This document shows positions 48,173 to 62,300 of a stretch of 64,000 nucleotides of DNA, in pieces. The DNA is from Dimorphilus gyrociliatus (taxonomy: Eukaryota > Animalia > Annelida), in the NCBI GenBank assembly GCA_904063045.1, contig CAJFCJ010000096.1, positions 2,195 through 66,194 on the forward strand, read 5' to 3'. Position 1 is the first letter of the stretch, and each line of letters opens with the position of its first letter. The notes beneath the pieces were generated by a model. It made no database searches. It had not been told where the DNA came from and saw only the letters and a list, made by a program, of their open reading frames with translations. Made by a program: the position numbers and the translations under genes.

Positions 48173-51100
48173 CTATGAAAATTTCAATGACCTCTCTTCT
48201 AAACTTCTTTTTAAAGATCTTTTTCTAGATCGTAAAATGTATCCAAAAATGAATATGATAGGATTAAGAAGTGAATTTAATGGCAAAATGAGTATAACTA
48301 TCATGCTGTAAACATCATCTTTAATTTCCAATTTTATTATCTGGGCTAAAATTCCTTTGGAAAAAAAATAAAGCAAGGATACAGTAGAAAAATGGTGAGA
48401 TTTGGAGAAAATTAGAGTCTAGAAGATTAAATTTAGGGAAAAAAGTCTAGTGTTTCTAGGGTCATAGGTTTAGGATAGAGTTCTCTCCCTTTATTTTAAA
48501 TTAGCAAATTTACCCAAAAAAGAAAATGGAAACCATACAAGAATACTTGAAAATATTATAATTAAGACATTTCTATTTAATTTTCTACTTCTATTTGCAG
48601 TTTTAACCAGTTTAGCCGACTGAAAAATTACTTTTATTAAATGAAAATATAGAATACTCATAGCTAAAGAGAATATTGGTATTAAAAGTCCAAAGATGAA
48701 GAATGAATAAATCCAAGCCAACTTGTTTGCTGTTGATCTTATATGAACATTAAAGCAAATTGGAGTAAACTCCTTATGAAAAAAACCGAAATATTACAAA
48801 CAAAGATTAGGAAAAATAGTTTACCTCTTTAACTGCAAATTGTGCTAGAGTGGTTGCTAAGCAAAGTGCTATTGTTACTATTGATATTATTTTTGAGTAT
48901 TTAACAAAAATTGATTTAGTAAATGGATTAACAACAGCTTGGTGTCTATCACAAGTGATTAATAGGCTACAGATTGTTGATGATTGAAGGGAAAACGTCA
49001 TAATTTTCCCCAAGATCTGACAAACTCCACCAGTTCTCCATTGATCATCATTCTGTAGATAAATTCCTTTGAAATAGATATCAACAGAGGCAACCATCAA
49101 TATATATGATGACGTCAGCAAATCGCTAATTGCCAACAGAATATGAAAATTTTGTTTAAATCTAGTCACAATAGCAACAGAAATTGTAATGATATTGGCA
49201 GAAAAACCAATTAAACCATAAATCCATAAAACAATTCTAATATAATTTGAACTAATTAAATTTGAACATGTCCGAAAATATGCCGTTGATGGATAACAAA
49301 TGATGTTATCACTTAAATATTTCCAACTTAGGCAACACAATGAAAAACTTGTTCCAACAATAATTTCAATATTATTTAAGCCTTTAATCAAATTAACCAA
49401 ATTTTTTGATGGTAAAATTGTATTATTTAAATAAAGTTTTGTCAATAAATTCAAATTTTTAAACACATTTTCCTCAATGTTTTTTATCTTACAATTCATC
49501 ATTTTAAATTCAAATAATTTTGGTAAAATATTAAAAACGTCTTGTTGCATTATTGTAATTTTTGTATAAGAAATATCCAAATATCTTAACTGATAGCATT
49601 TTAAAGATTTTAAAAATTTAATGGAATCTATTGAATTATTTGATAAATATAAATGTTGTAATAATTTTAGAGGTGTCACGTGATCATTGATGGTTTTATT
49701 GCTAAGGGCATTATTTTTTATAGAGAGATAAATTAGATTTGGAAATTTTTCCCAAGGATATATTAAACTTTTTTGTTGATTTTCAATTTTGAATATTGAA
49801 GTAGTAGTAGACATTTTAAAAGATTTTATCGGAATTGATCCAAATATTGCTATACTTTGAAAATTTTCACCCAATTCAATCAGTTCTTTTATCTCGTATT
49901 TATTAAATGTTTCATTTGATAAAAATCTACAGGATATACTACTAGACAATTTAGATATTTTTAGGCAATTTTTGACAGATATATTTGAATTTGAACACAA
50001 CAATTCATCACTTCCGTATTGGCAATTGATGATATTATCACAAACTTTGTTGGGTAAAATATATAAAGTTTCATTTTGACATTTGAAAAAATGTTTTGGT
50101 TGGAAATTATCTTTAGGAATTTTAAAATTAAATTTGAATTTAAAGAAAAAATTGGTGATAAAAAATCAATTCTACCACAATTAAGTTCATCATCATGATT
50201 ATAACAATGAAATATTCCATCACAAACTTGTTCAATCGATATACAATAATTTTCTCTTTGGCAAAGGTATTCTCCATATGAACATATGACTTCTGGGCAA
50301 GGTTTACTTTGTAGAAATAAATTAGATATTGGTAATTTTTGAGAAGTTTCTTTATAGAAACAAGTTGAATGCTTTAAAGTGCTATTATTGTTATTGGTTT
50401 CAGTTATCTCATCTATATAACCACAATCATTTTTTCCATCCTTTATTAAAGAATTTGAAATGCAGTTGGTTGAACATCTGAATTGATGTTCCTCATTACA
50501 TCCTATTTTGTAGCAAGAAATAGATATAAATAAAGTTTTAACAAAATGTTGATCCACATATTGCTCAATATGATTTCACCTTGAAAAAATTTTCTAGAAA
50601 GTGATTGCTCTCCAAAACAAATTTCATCACTTTTATCAAAGCAATTAATTTCATTATCACAAATTTTATTTGTAGGAATACATTGATTATTTCTGCAAGG
50701 CCTATATTGAAGATATATATACACATAGATATATATATTAAATATTCTAAAAATAGATTTTACATTTGCAATGACTGGCACTTTTGATTTTCTAAAAAAT
50801 ATATACAGTATATATGTATATATATATATATATATGTATAATAAATATAAGCAGTATGATTGGACAATTGAAAGTTTCACTCTAAGTATACGTTACTGCC
50901 AATATAACTGAATGGTACCCTGTTCCATTCCCTATTATAACTATTTGTGTTAGGTGAAACATTTCAATTACTGATTATCTTAATAGTTATAATGATATTT
51001 AACCACAATCAATTTCGTCAGAATGATCAGAACAATCCACAATGAAATTGCACACTTTATGAAAACTGATGAACTTTTCACTTGTAAAACATTTGAATAA

Positions 51101-54100
51101 TGTTTTATAATTTTTGAAACAATTTAATTCATCTTCGTAATTAGGACAATCGTCAATACCGTCGCAAACATAAAAGATATGAATATAAATTTCACTTTTC
51201 TGACAGAGAAATGTTACATCATGAAATAAAGGTGAAAAATTAGGAGAATTTTTATCAATTATTCCAAAATCAAATTGAATTTGAAAATCTTTAATAATAA
51301 AAGAAAACAATGGGTTTTTATCGAATTTAAAAATATATCTTCTTAACTCTGAATTTCTTGGCATAATATCCATTTTGATACAATTTTATTACAGCTGATA
51401 CTTTCTATATCAAGATAAGCTCTGTATTTAACTATGTATTCTCTGTAATTGAAATCTCTTTTTCTTCCAGCTTTAATCTGAAAATAATGAAAAAATAATA
51501 CAAAACAGATGGCATTGATGTATTGTAAATTATCTTACGACGAAACTTAAATGTAAACAATCGCAAGAACTCGACGAACAGAAAGATCTTTTATTAAAAT
51601 AATAATTTCTATTATAATTTTCCAATATTTTTACTTTCTATGAAAAAATGTACAGAAACTGAATTAGTTGTTTGAAAAAATAATGATAAAAGTGTGAGTA
51701 GTATAACATTTTCAATGAGAATCAATGGTAAATTCAATGATGTTCCACTACTGCTTGTATAGTAAAGTAATTTATTAATTTCTATACTTTTCTTAAAGAC
51801 TGCAAAATTTTTGTTTGAATTCAATTTTTCTTGATAAAAAACCAAAAATAATACTGTACTGAAGCCTATTGGAAGAATTTCTAAATTTGAATTCTTTTCT
51901 CTTATGTTTATAAAATTTTCAAAATAATTCAAAATGAATATTTTATTTAATGTTGGAAAGTCTGATAATAAAAAATTTTTCTTTTCACAGTAAAGTTTCA
52001 TTTCATTGGTGCTTATCCTTTCCGACTCTTCAAAAAGATAATAACACACATCGTTAATTGTAAAGGCAAAATCATTTTTACACCCTATTTTGTAAATGAA
52101 CAAAATTTTAACAACAAAAAATAAAGACAAAAATTTGTTTTGTTTTAAAACTGACCTGGAGCTTTAGGCCTACTGCATTCAATTAAATGGGGTGTCCATC
52201 TCAAACTGAAGCTAGTAAGTTAAAAAATATATTATTGATTTTTAAAGAAAGACTTATTTTCTCAGTGATTTTGTCTCAGTTATTCTAAACAGAACAATAG
52301 AACATTTACAACTCTTAACAACCCAGTTTCAAAAATTTCTTTCCTTTTAGATCAACTGAAAGCAAAATATGAACTAAAACAATTTTTATTTACATATTTC
52401 CTTCAACAATATGGCAATTCTCTAAAGATTGATTTCTCTTGCAATGAAATGAATGGAAGAAGAAAACTCGATGTTTTGCTTGATTTTTCCTTTGTATCAC
52501 TTGTGGATTGTTGATAATTGTTCCATAATTGAAACCAAAGGCTTTACAGATTTTTTGAATTTCAAAATATTTTATAAATTTAAATAAAAACCAATTGAAA
52601 TTTTGAAAAATATGAAAGTTTCCTGTTAATTTATCAAAAGGATGATTTTCATTGAGATAAAGTGATAAACTTTCATTATGGTAGAATCTAAAAGCTAAAA
52701 TAAACATAAAATAGAACTAAAATTTCTATATGGCTTTTTCGTCAGAAATTTTTTTACTATGATTAAGTAATGATTCACAAGTTGGATCAAAAGTGAAAAA
52801 ATCTCTAATAGCAGTTTTGTGATCAGCATGTTGAAACCTAAACCAGACAGGATTAACTAATAAACAGTTGCTATCAGGATTGTTTTTATTTGAACAGTTA
52901 AAAAAAGAGAGCTGTAGAATGATGACAGATAATATTTATCATTTATTCAATCTATTCATCTTGAAATAAATTAACTTACATCAGTTTGGCTGTATCTTCT
53001 TATTGGACATGAAGTGGACTGTAAAGAGAACATTTTGCAAACTCTCCAACAAGGAAAAGTAGTTGTAGTTTGTTTGTCAAATGCTATCATCAATGGTCCG
53101 TAAGATTTTGATAACATGTAATAATTTGGTATTGAATCCAATTTATACAAGAAAGATAATATAGAAGCGTGTTGGAAATTGATATTTGTCTTGTTCTTGT
53201 ATTGAATCTCTTTAAAGTATTTAGAACAAAATATTGTCAGAATTGGCAATAATTATTCAAAACTAAAAACACCTTCCATTTCTTCCAGACTGCATTTAAT
53301 GTTTTTGTTATAAAAATGATATTCAGAAAAAAAAGATATTGCATATAATCCATTCGATGTGATCCTAATATTCCTAAAGTTAAAGTTTGCAAAATATCTG
53401 CCTTGATGTGTAAATACAACTTTCCGGCAAAGCTTGCGTTTTTCTTTTCCAAGATTGCCTTCTAATTGGAATGTTTCAGTTGTACCATTGTGATAGGCTA
53501 AAGCATACTGATGTCCTCTTGAAGATAATTGAAAACTAAACAGATCTGTTGAATTTGTTGGTTTATTGGTTGATTTAGCATATTATGGTGGATCTTATCT
53601 TAAGTAAATGTAACAGATAAGATTATAAACATTTGTCAACAAGACTATTCAAAGCCAAAACTATAGAAGCAACTGCTGCTTAAGGCTTTCCTGACCTAGA
53701 CTTTTGTTCCAATATATTTGTGAGTATTATTGTTCTGTTACAATTGCTTAGTCTAACCATTTTCATAGATAAATATTCTTACATTTAGCTGTTTTTTTAA
53801 AGCATTTTAAGAGTATTCCATGAGATATATTCTTCTTTGGCAAACTGAAAGGGAGTATAGTTTGTTACACTTCTCTGTGTGTGTGTGTGTGTGTCTAGAG
53901 GAAATATCCAATATGCAAAGATTACTGGGACATTTCCTTTCTTTCTTTGTCTACAATAAGTTAAACGTACTAGTAGCAGCATTGAAATCCTTCATCCCAT
54001 TCTTTTATCTCAGCAAATTTTGATGGATTAGTGGCATTTAATTTAAATGGTAGCAAAAGTACATAAATATTATCAAAATTCATTTTCTCACACAACTTTT

Positions 54101-55939
54101 TTTGATGGTCACGTTTGATATTTTTAAACTCAACAATATATTCCAACAATTCTTTTTTTATTTTAAAAATTCCCTCAACAAAAATATCTGTCTCCCTTAA
54201 AACATCAATCTTCAGATCTATAGATTCTTCATCCATAATCCCAGGTACTGCAGAGAAGACAGAAATTAACTTAGTTCTAATATAAAAATAATGTTGACAA
54301 TAAATTTTTTCTACTATTTTTTATTGATTGTTTGCAAACAGGTTTTGCAGTGTAAAGTTGTTCCCTATTCTTTTCATATTCTAGAAAACAATTTTCTACT
54401 GTGTCTCCATAAAAATTACAGCCCGAAAGTACTAAATATTCCTGAAAACAGCAGAGAGTTTGTTATATGCAACAATTTATACAGTACCAATAACATATTT
54501 TTATTATTAGCCACTCTAAATCCTGTAATAATTATGATTTTTATTTTCTAGAACAATACTACAAGTCTAGTAAAACATGACAATTATTTAATATGCTAGA
54601 AATTTCATTCATGGATGTCTTAACCTTCCTCCATTCAATTACTAATTGTCTAGAACCTAGTTCACTTTATTAAGGCAGTTAAAGTTTTTTATTAAACAGA
54701 CTGTTACTTATTTTTGAAAATAGAAGAGGCCTTCCAAAAAAATTGGTTATCAGTACTATGTATTTGAATTTATTGTAATAAGCCTCTAACTCTACTCTCG
54801 TGTACAAAGGTGTAATGGCAATTATTCGGAGGTGGATCAGGCTCCATTGAAGCAAGGTAGCAAACAGAATAGCAATCATTTGTGATTTCTATAGTATGGT
54901 AAAAATTAAGAGGGAAAATTCCATATGTTTTTGACAGGAAAAAGTAATCTGTGTCTTGGTAATCAAAAGAATGAAGATATTGAAAGCCCAATGACAAATT
55001 TGAAATTATCTTTATAACTTTAAGATCTGCTTTATATGAATAAATAAGTAAAAATTTGGTCAAAAAATTGATTTTGTATAACCATTCAATTCCAAATAGG
55101 AACAATGCATTTGAACAGAATCTATCATATTATTCAATTTTAAAATAATTGAATTGTTTTGAATAGAAAGAATAGCATTAGCAACAGATTTCTTAATTTT
55201 TATATCTTTACTATCAATAATAAATTCACTGTTTTTACATAAATCTTTTCTAAATTTTTCATGACTATAAATTTCATGGAATGAGTCATTTCTTCTTAAA
55301 TACATAATGTAATAATTAGTCATCATTTTTCTACTGAAGATATCTATAGATATAAATAGCTAATAATCTACTTTTATAGGTTTAACCACTAGTCAACAAA
55401 CATTTGCTGGTCTTAGTGAAACAATTTAATAACAATGCGGCTACTGTATTTTCATTTTGTTCATTTGATTCTTTGTGAAAGTTTCTTAAAAAAAATAAAA
55501 TTATTTTTTGATATTAAGTTTTTGGATTAAGAGAGAAAGAATATTCGCAAAATTGTTTTGTTCTCTTGTATAAACAATCGTCAGACTATTGAACTAACAT
55601 TTGACAGCAATTATCCTCTACAGTCATAGAGACATATTCAATTCTTCTTGTCCGATTTAAGAACCATTTACTCGAAATAGAATAGAAAGAATCATAACCT
55701 AACTCTTCGCAAATTAAATTTGTAAAATTCAAATTATATTTATTATATTTAATGATATAAGTTAAATTATCATTGAAATCTTTTGTCTGTAAAACTCCTC
55801 TAATAAAATTTCTTCCACCATTTATTCTTTTTAATGATAATTCTCCATCAAATTTCAACATATTTGACAAAATTGAACAAAAATCTTTACATAGTACTAT
55901 TGAAATTATTAAAAACCCATTCTTTTGGAAGTCTGGCAT
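48173..55939 (-). CDS. GRL101-like LDLa-LRR GPCR C with a longer SRCR-like ectodomain, multi-exon
   Basis: Signal-like N-terminus; NFTNLICEELGYDSF; further ICxxFGF and LCEKMNFD modules; CTL-like CKNDFAFTINDVCYY; LDLa repeats; LRR; 7TM CQILG, DRH, ILPLNSLLNP. Confidence 0.85.
53875..53894. repeat. (TG)n microsatellite
   Basis: Direct reading of the sequence. Confidence 0.9.
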
Positions 55940-56738
55940 TTTCTTTATTATAGTAAAAAGCAGAAATTGGAAATCACACCATTCTCATATAAAGTATTTT
56001 TCAGACTTTAAAAATTCGTGTTAATCTATCTTTATAAAAAATTTCATTCTTAATTACTAATAGCCAATTGAAAAAAGAACATATCCTTCTTTCTAGTATT
56101 GTTATTGGACAATTAAATTATTGTACAAAAAAATTCAATCATCATGACAGATTTTTTTTTAACTTTCTTACACCAGTTTATTCTTAAAAGGGAAAAGGAA
56201 ATTCTATTTCAATGGCCAATTGGTAATTTTGATAAAAGTCTACTAGTTCAAGCTCTTTTAGTATTCCAATCTGTTGAGAATGTTTTCTGTCACATCCGAT
56301 TGTTTCCTATACTAAAAAAAATATTTCATAAAACTACTCAATGAAATTTTATTTGTGTATTTCATTAAATGGTAAACTTGCCTTTAAACTTAACATTGTG
56401 ATGGTTTATTGTCCAAACTATAAAAAGATGATTTAATCTAAATATACATTTTTTCAAGATTTTTCATTACGTTTGTATCATGTAATTGAATTATAAGATT
56501 TTCGAATTCCTTTTCAACATTTATCAGTTTTCTCCAATCATTTTCGACCAGTATTTTTAATAATTTTAAATATTAACTGACTAACTTCTGCTGAGTGGTG
56601 ACTGAAACTCATTCTCTCATTGAATTCAACAATACTTTCAGACTATACAAGTGTAATGGCCACCATTTTCATATGGTCTTCTGTAAAGCTGTAATCTAAG
56701 TAATAGTAATAAATAGAAAATGGATCCAATAAGGTTGT

Positions 56739-57116
56739 CTAAAACATTCCATATTCATTTTTTATTTTTTTTAAACGGATTTCAATAAAAGATACAATTT
56801 CTGTTTTATTGAGTCCATCAGCAACCATTTCCTGAAATTGTTCATATTCTTCTAATAGTACTATCCAGAGTTTGATTGATTGAATAAAACTTTGGTCATG
56901 TGACCCTTGGCTAATCTTATTTACTTCGACAATAGCTTTTAAATAATGATAATAGTTGGAATTTCCGAAAAAACCATAAAGATTCGTTTCAAAATTATCA
57001 CTAAATGATTCAAAAAGAGAACACAGAAATTCCAAAATCCAGTAAGGGATATTGACATGTTCACTATGAAAGTTGGAATAGATTTCAAGAACAGGAATTA
57101 GCGTATTGCTCAACAA
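56739..57116 (-). CDS. Unidentified helical-looking ORF, probably an exon of a decayed gene spanning about 56400-57420
   Basis: 125 open codons. Flanking exon-like segments carry stops. No recognisable motif. Confidence 0.25.
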   Translation of the reverse strand: MLSNTLIPVLEIYSNFHSEHVNIPYWILEFLCSLFESFSDNFETNLYGFFGNSNYYHYLKAIVEVNKISQGSHDQSFIQSIKLWIVLLEEYEQFQEMVADGLNKTEIVSFIEIRLKKIKNEYGMF

Positions 57117-58199
57117 ATCTTCATTCTTTACCCAGGAAAGATTGAGGAATGCTCCATTTTAAGTAGATTTTTATTTTCGTCGAAAACATTAACGATTTTA
57201 TCAAATGTCGTCTCAGCTGAGCATATTGGTTGGCATATAAGTTGCTTTAGAGAGATTTTCAACAATTTTATAACCTTTTTCAAATGATTTTATAATACTG
57301 TTAATTTTGTCATCACTCTGAGTTTTTACTGAATTGTGGGCAGCAAAGAGTATTCTCTTATATCTATTTTCATTATTGTAATAATCAGTTTTATTTATAT
57401 GGAAATATTTCTCTGTAAAAAGAAATGAAATACAAAGATTTTTTTCATATTATTTATCTATTAAAACTATACCAGTTACTATTCCCTGTTCTCTCACACC
57501 GTTCTGTTACATTCACTCCCTTTTATACCTTGCTAGCGTCACTTAACTGGGCGTTTGACTGTGCTCATCCGTGGTGGCACGTATTATTTCTTTTTTTTTA
57601 GCTATTTATGACCTGACATCAAATCAACTAGGACAACATCGATGTACGACTGAGTTAAACGCCCCTGACGTGACACATAATCATTCTCTAATACATTCGC
57701 TGACTCTTTCTGACAGAGAACATACAAACGCTCTGTTTACTCTTTATATCAAGTTAATCATTTTTCTACTGTGATATCATGAGTGAATTTGAAAAGCTTT
57801 TACACAGCTACAATGGGATTGTCTATATATGCTTCACTGCTCTAAAATACTAAATTTAACACTTCAAATCTGCACATTTTGAAATATGGCAGTAAAATGT
57901 AAAAATTGCAAACTTACAGTTTATGGAAGACAGAAGAGAAAATTTTGTGTGCTTTGTAATGAGCTTCTACATGAGAAATGTCTCATCAGAATCGTTAATT
58001 CATCTGGTTAATTATAAATATACAATTATTTCCTTTTAGATTCGAAGACTAGAAGATCAAAAAATAGAAGAGAGAGATGCAATGGATGAGAATAAAGATG
58101 CAACAGATAACGGCGAAGATGATGGTCTAACAGATTCAAGTATAAAAGACTATGAAATATTGGACAATGAGGTTATTGACACTTTCCAAGAAATTATGG

Positions 58200-58789
58200 A
58201 TGACAACTTTCAAATAATTAGGAATGGAAGTTAACTGGGAAAGGATATCCTGCTTAACAATGGCTTTTCATTCACACTTAAGGCTAAAACTTCTAAAAGA
58301 GCGCTGTAAAAGAACCAAAAAGCAGAGATGTCCTGCAAGAATTCACCAACAAGGAAATTCATATATAAAGGGGAGCAAAGAACACATTTATGAAGCATAT
58401 GAATATTTATCATCCAATATAGCAATAAGGAAAGATAGATGGCACTAATAAAAACACATTCCATGATTGAGTTCCAAGGTTGTGTATTTCATTTCACACA
58501 AGTAGTATGTAGGAAAATACAAGTCAGTTATATTCATATACACACTATGTACATTGAATAAAGAAAAAGGAAATTATTGCATACAGATTAGCTTTTGGCA
58601 TCCAGAGACTGTCAATTTTTAACCAAACAATTAGAACTAACAATGATTTTAAAGGATTACATAACTTATCGTTTTACATGATTATTCATGAACTGAAGAA
58701 GGAGGCTGAGTTAATTGTTAAAATGAAAAATAAATAGTTTGAAATCAAACTTTTAAATATTTCATAAATGGCCGTTTTCGACTGGTCCC
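58200..58789 (+). mobile_element. FLYWCH-MULE remnant with terminal sequence homologous to the MITE end
   Basis: NGS*LGKDILLNNGFSF (FLYWCH-like) and FQGCVFHFTQVVCRKIQ (MULE). 58755-58789 is the reverse complement of the MITE left end. Confidence 0.75.
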
Positions 58790-59362
58790 GTATTCTGCTT
58801 TATATTATTAAATATGTGAAGTCTAAATTCAACAGTATTAAAAACATATTTAATAAATATGTGATGTACAAGTACCAGTTTTTTTCTCTTGCTATGACCA
58901 AGTAAAACTATTGCTTTTGACACATATGGAAACAAAAGTTTCTTTCTGCAGCTGTAGCCATTAGAATGAACTATGCAAAATGCAATAAGATAATATTTAT
59001 TAGAAATATGTGCTATAGATTAAACTGTAGACAACACCCTCTGTAATACTTTTTTTAATTTCTTTAAGTATTTACTGAAAATATTCTACAAAACCACAAA
59101 CTGTACAAATACAATTCCAAGTTCATTATTTGTAGTATGCGCTGTCCTTTTTCATACATCAATTAAACTATTTTTATTAAAATTTTATTAAATCAATCAA
59201 AAAATGAAAAAAAGAGGAGACATCTAGTCAGTCAGTCAGGGATTAATTTAGCTTAATACTAATATTTTTTAGATTAGCAAACAATTTTCAAAGGGGAGAC
59301 AGAGAGAACTAGTTTGGCAACTTTTTTAGTTGACAGAAATTCTACATAAATATTGTTTCTGA

Positions 59363-62300
59363 TTATCCAAGTCTATTTCTAATTTTAATGTTTTCAGAAA
59401 GACAACTGATATCCATTTGTCTAAATTGAATATTCCAAATGTGAAAGGTTTTTAATTTTTTTTGGAAAAATATTGCATCATAAATGGAATTTCCAATCTT
59501 GGAGTTAATTCCACAAAGATTGCAAAATAATTCAGAGATTTGATGGCAATTCTTTCTTATGTTTTGAAAGATACCTTTTCCAACATCATTTCCAAATTGA
59601 TTATTGCTGAAACATAATATTTTAAGTTGACTTTGCTGCCCAATCATCTCACCAATTACATTTCCAATATTAGGAGTAAAACCACAACTTTCAAATTTAA
59701 GAATTACTATACAAGAACAGTTTTGTTGTAGATTATAAAATAGATTAAAACCAATATCATCTCCTATTTGGTTATTAGAAAATATTAATTCTTTAAGGGC
59801 TCTCTGTTGGCCTATTGCATCTCCTAAAATATTTCCAATTAACGGAGAAAATCCACAATTAGCAAATTTAAGTACAGAAATATTAAAGCAATTTTCTTTA
59901 ATATTTTCAAATATATTTTTTCCAACATCATCTTGTAAAAAGTTTTCAGAGAAATATAAATATTCCAAACCTCTTTGTTTTCCAACAGCATCTCCAATAC
60001 AATCTCCAATATGAAATGTAAAATTACAACTTTCAAAGTGAAGAAATGTAAGTCTATTACATTTTCTTTTTAAATTTTCAAAAATACTTTTTCCAACATT
60101 ATTTCCAAAAGAATTTTGAGAGAATGAAAGTCTTCTAATTCGGGTTTGTTGACCAATGAATTTACCCACAATATCACCAATATTGGAGGTTAATCCACAA
60201 TTCGCAATATTTAAATTTAAAATATTACAGCAACTTTCTTTAATCCTTTCAAAGATATATTTTCCGAGATTATCTCCCAATGGATTATTAGCTAGACATA
60301 AATCTTTGAGATTGTTTCCTTGTTTACTAATAGCATTGCCAATAACTCTACCAATTTCAGATGTAAAATTACAATTCCTAAAATTAAAATTTTCTATCAT
60401 ACAACAATTCATTTCAACATTTTCAAAAATACATCTCCCAACATCATTTCCAAGTGAATTATTATATAATGACAACATTCTCAAATTAGCTTGTTCAGCT
60501 ATTGCATAACCAACAACATTTCCAATTTCAGATGTAAATCCGCAATTATTGCAATCGATTATTTCGATTTTTCTACAATTTTTTTGAATATTTTTAAAAA
60601 TATATCTACCAATGACACTACATAGTTGATTATTGCAGAGTGAGAGTACTTTTAACTCAGTAAAATTAGCAATTGCATCACCAATTATATAACTCAAATT
60701 TGAAGTGAAGTCACAATTACGAACATTTAAAAATTCTAAATTCAAACACTCTGATATCATACTTGAAAAGATGTTCTTTCCAACTATATCACCTAATTTA
60801 TTATCTTTTATACTTAAGGTAATAAGGGAACATTGTTTACCAATAGCATCACCAATAATATTTCCAATTCTATAAGTAAATCCACAATTTGAACATTTCA
60901 AATTGCATAGTTTTGTACAATTTTCATTTAAATTTTTAAATATCACTCTCCCAATATCATCACCAAAATTATTATCACTAATATCTAACACTTTCAAATC
61001 TTTTTGTCTGCCAATCATATTTCCAAGAAAATTGCCAATTTTACAAGTAAATCCACAATTTTTAATAGCCAAATAAGTTAATTTTTGACAATTTTGATAT
61101 AGTTTTTCAAATAGATTTTTACCAATGTCATCCCCAAACCTATTTCCAGAGATATGTAATACATCCAAATTAGTTTGTTGACCAATACCATTAGAAAAAG
61201 AATATCCAATTTTTGAAGTAAATTTACAATTTTCAAATTTAAGAAAAACTATTTGAAAACAAATTTGTTGAATTGATTGAAAAATACAAGAACCAACATA
61301 ATCTGTAAGTGCATTATCAGAAGAAGAAATACTTTTAAGATAAGTTAATTGACCAATTGCATTGCCTATAATATCATCAATTTTTGATGTAAATCCACAA
61401 TTATAATATTCAAGTTCTGAAATTTTTTTACATTTCAATTTAATGTTTGAAAATATATTTGCTCCAATAGAGTCTCTTAAATTATTTTCAGATAAAAAAA
61501 GAGATCTAAGATTTGTTTGTTGGCCTATTGCATCACCTAAAGTATTTCCAATTTGTGAAGTAAATCTACAATTGCTCAGATCTAAACATTTAATATATTG
61601 ACAATATTTCTTTATGTTATAGAATAAATGTCTACCAACAAAATTACCAAGATTATTGTTGAATATATATAATTCATTAAGATATTTTTGTTGACCAATT
61701 GCATCACCAAGAATATCACCAATTTCTGATGTAAATCCACAATCATTAAAATTGATTTTACGAATATTTCGACAATTATTACTAATATTTTGAAAAATAT
61801 TTTTTCCCACATAGTCTCCTAAATAATTATTAGAAATATCTAACCTTTGCAGATAATACTGTTGACCAATTGCATCACCTAAAATATTTCCAATATTTGG
61901 TGTAATTCCACAATTTTCAATATTTATAAATGTTAAATTATGATGTGTTTCTTTTATATTATAAAACAAAATTTTTCCAACAACATCTTCAATATTATTA
62001 TTCCAAAGATTCAATTCTTTGAGATATTTCTTTCTGCCAATCATAACACCTAATATATTTCCAATGTCTGAAGTAATTCCGCAATTACCTAGATCTAAAA
62101 TTGATATGTTTGGGCAATTGTTCTCCAAGTGTGATAAAATATATTTCCAACCTTCATCACCAAACTCATTGTCCCAGAGATACAGCTGTTTGAGTTTGTC
62201 TTGTTGATTAATAATTATATCAGAAATGATACCTGCTTCCTCTGAAGTAAATTCGCATTTTCCAAAACATATGGTAGAAAGATGTTTACATTTTTTTTCA

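Noticed and set aside
57540-57700. Possible tRNA or other structured RNA
   Set aside because: No cloverleaf, A/B boxes or recognisable snRNA motif could be identified by eye.
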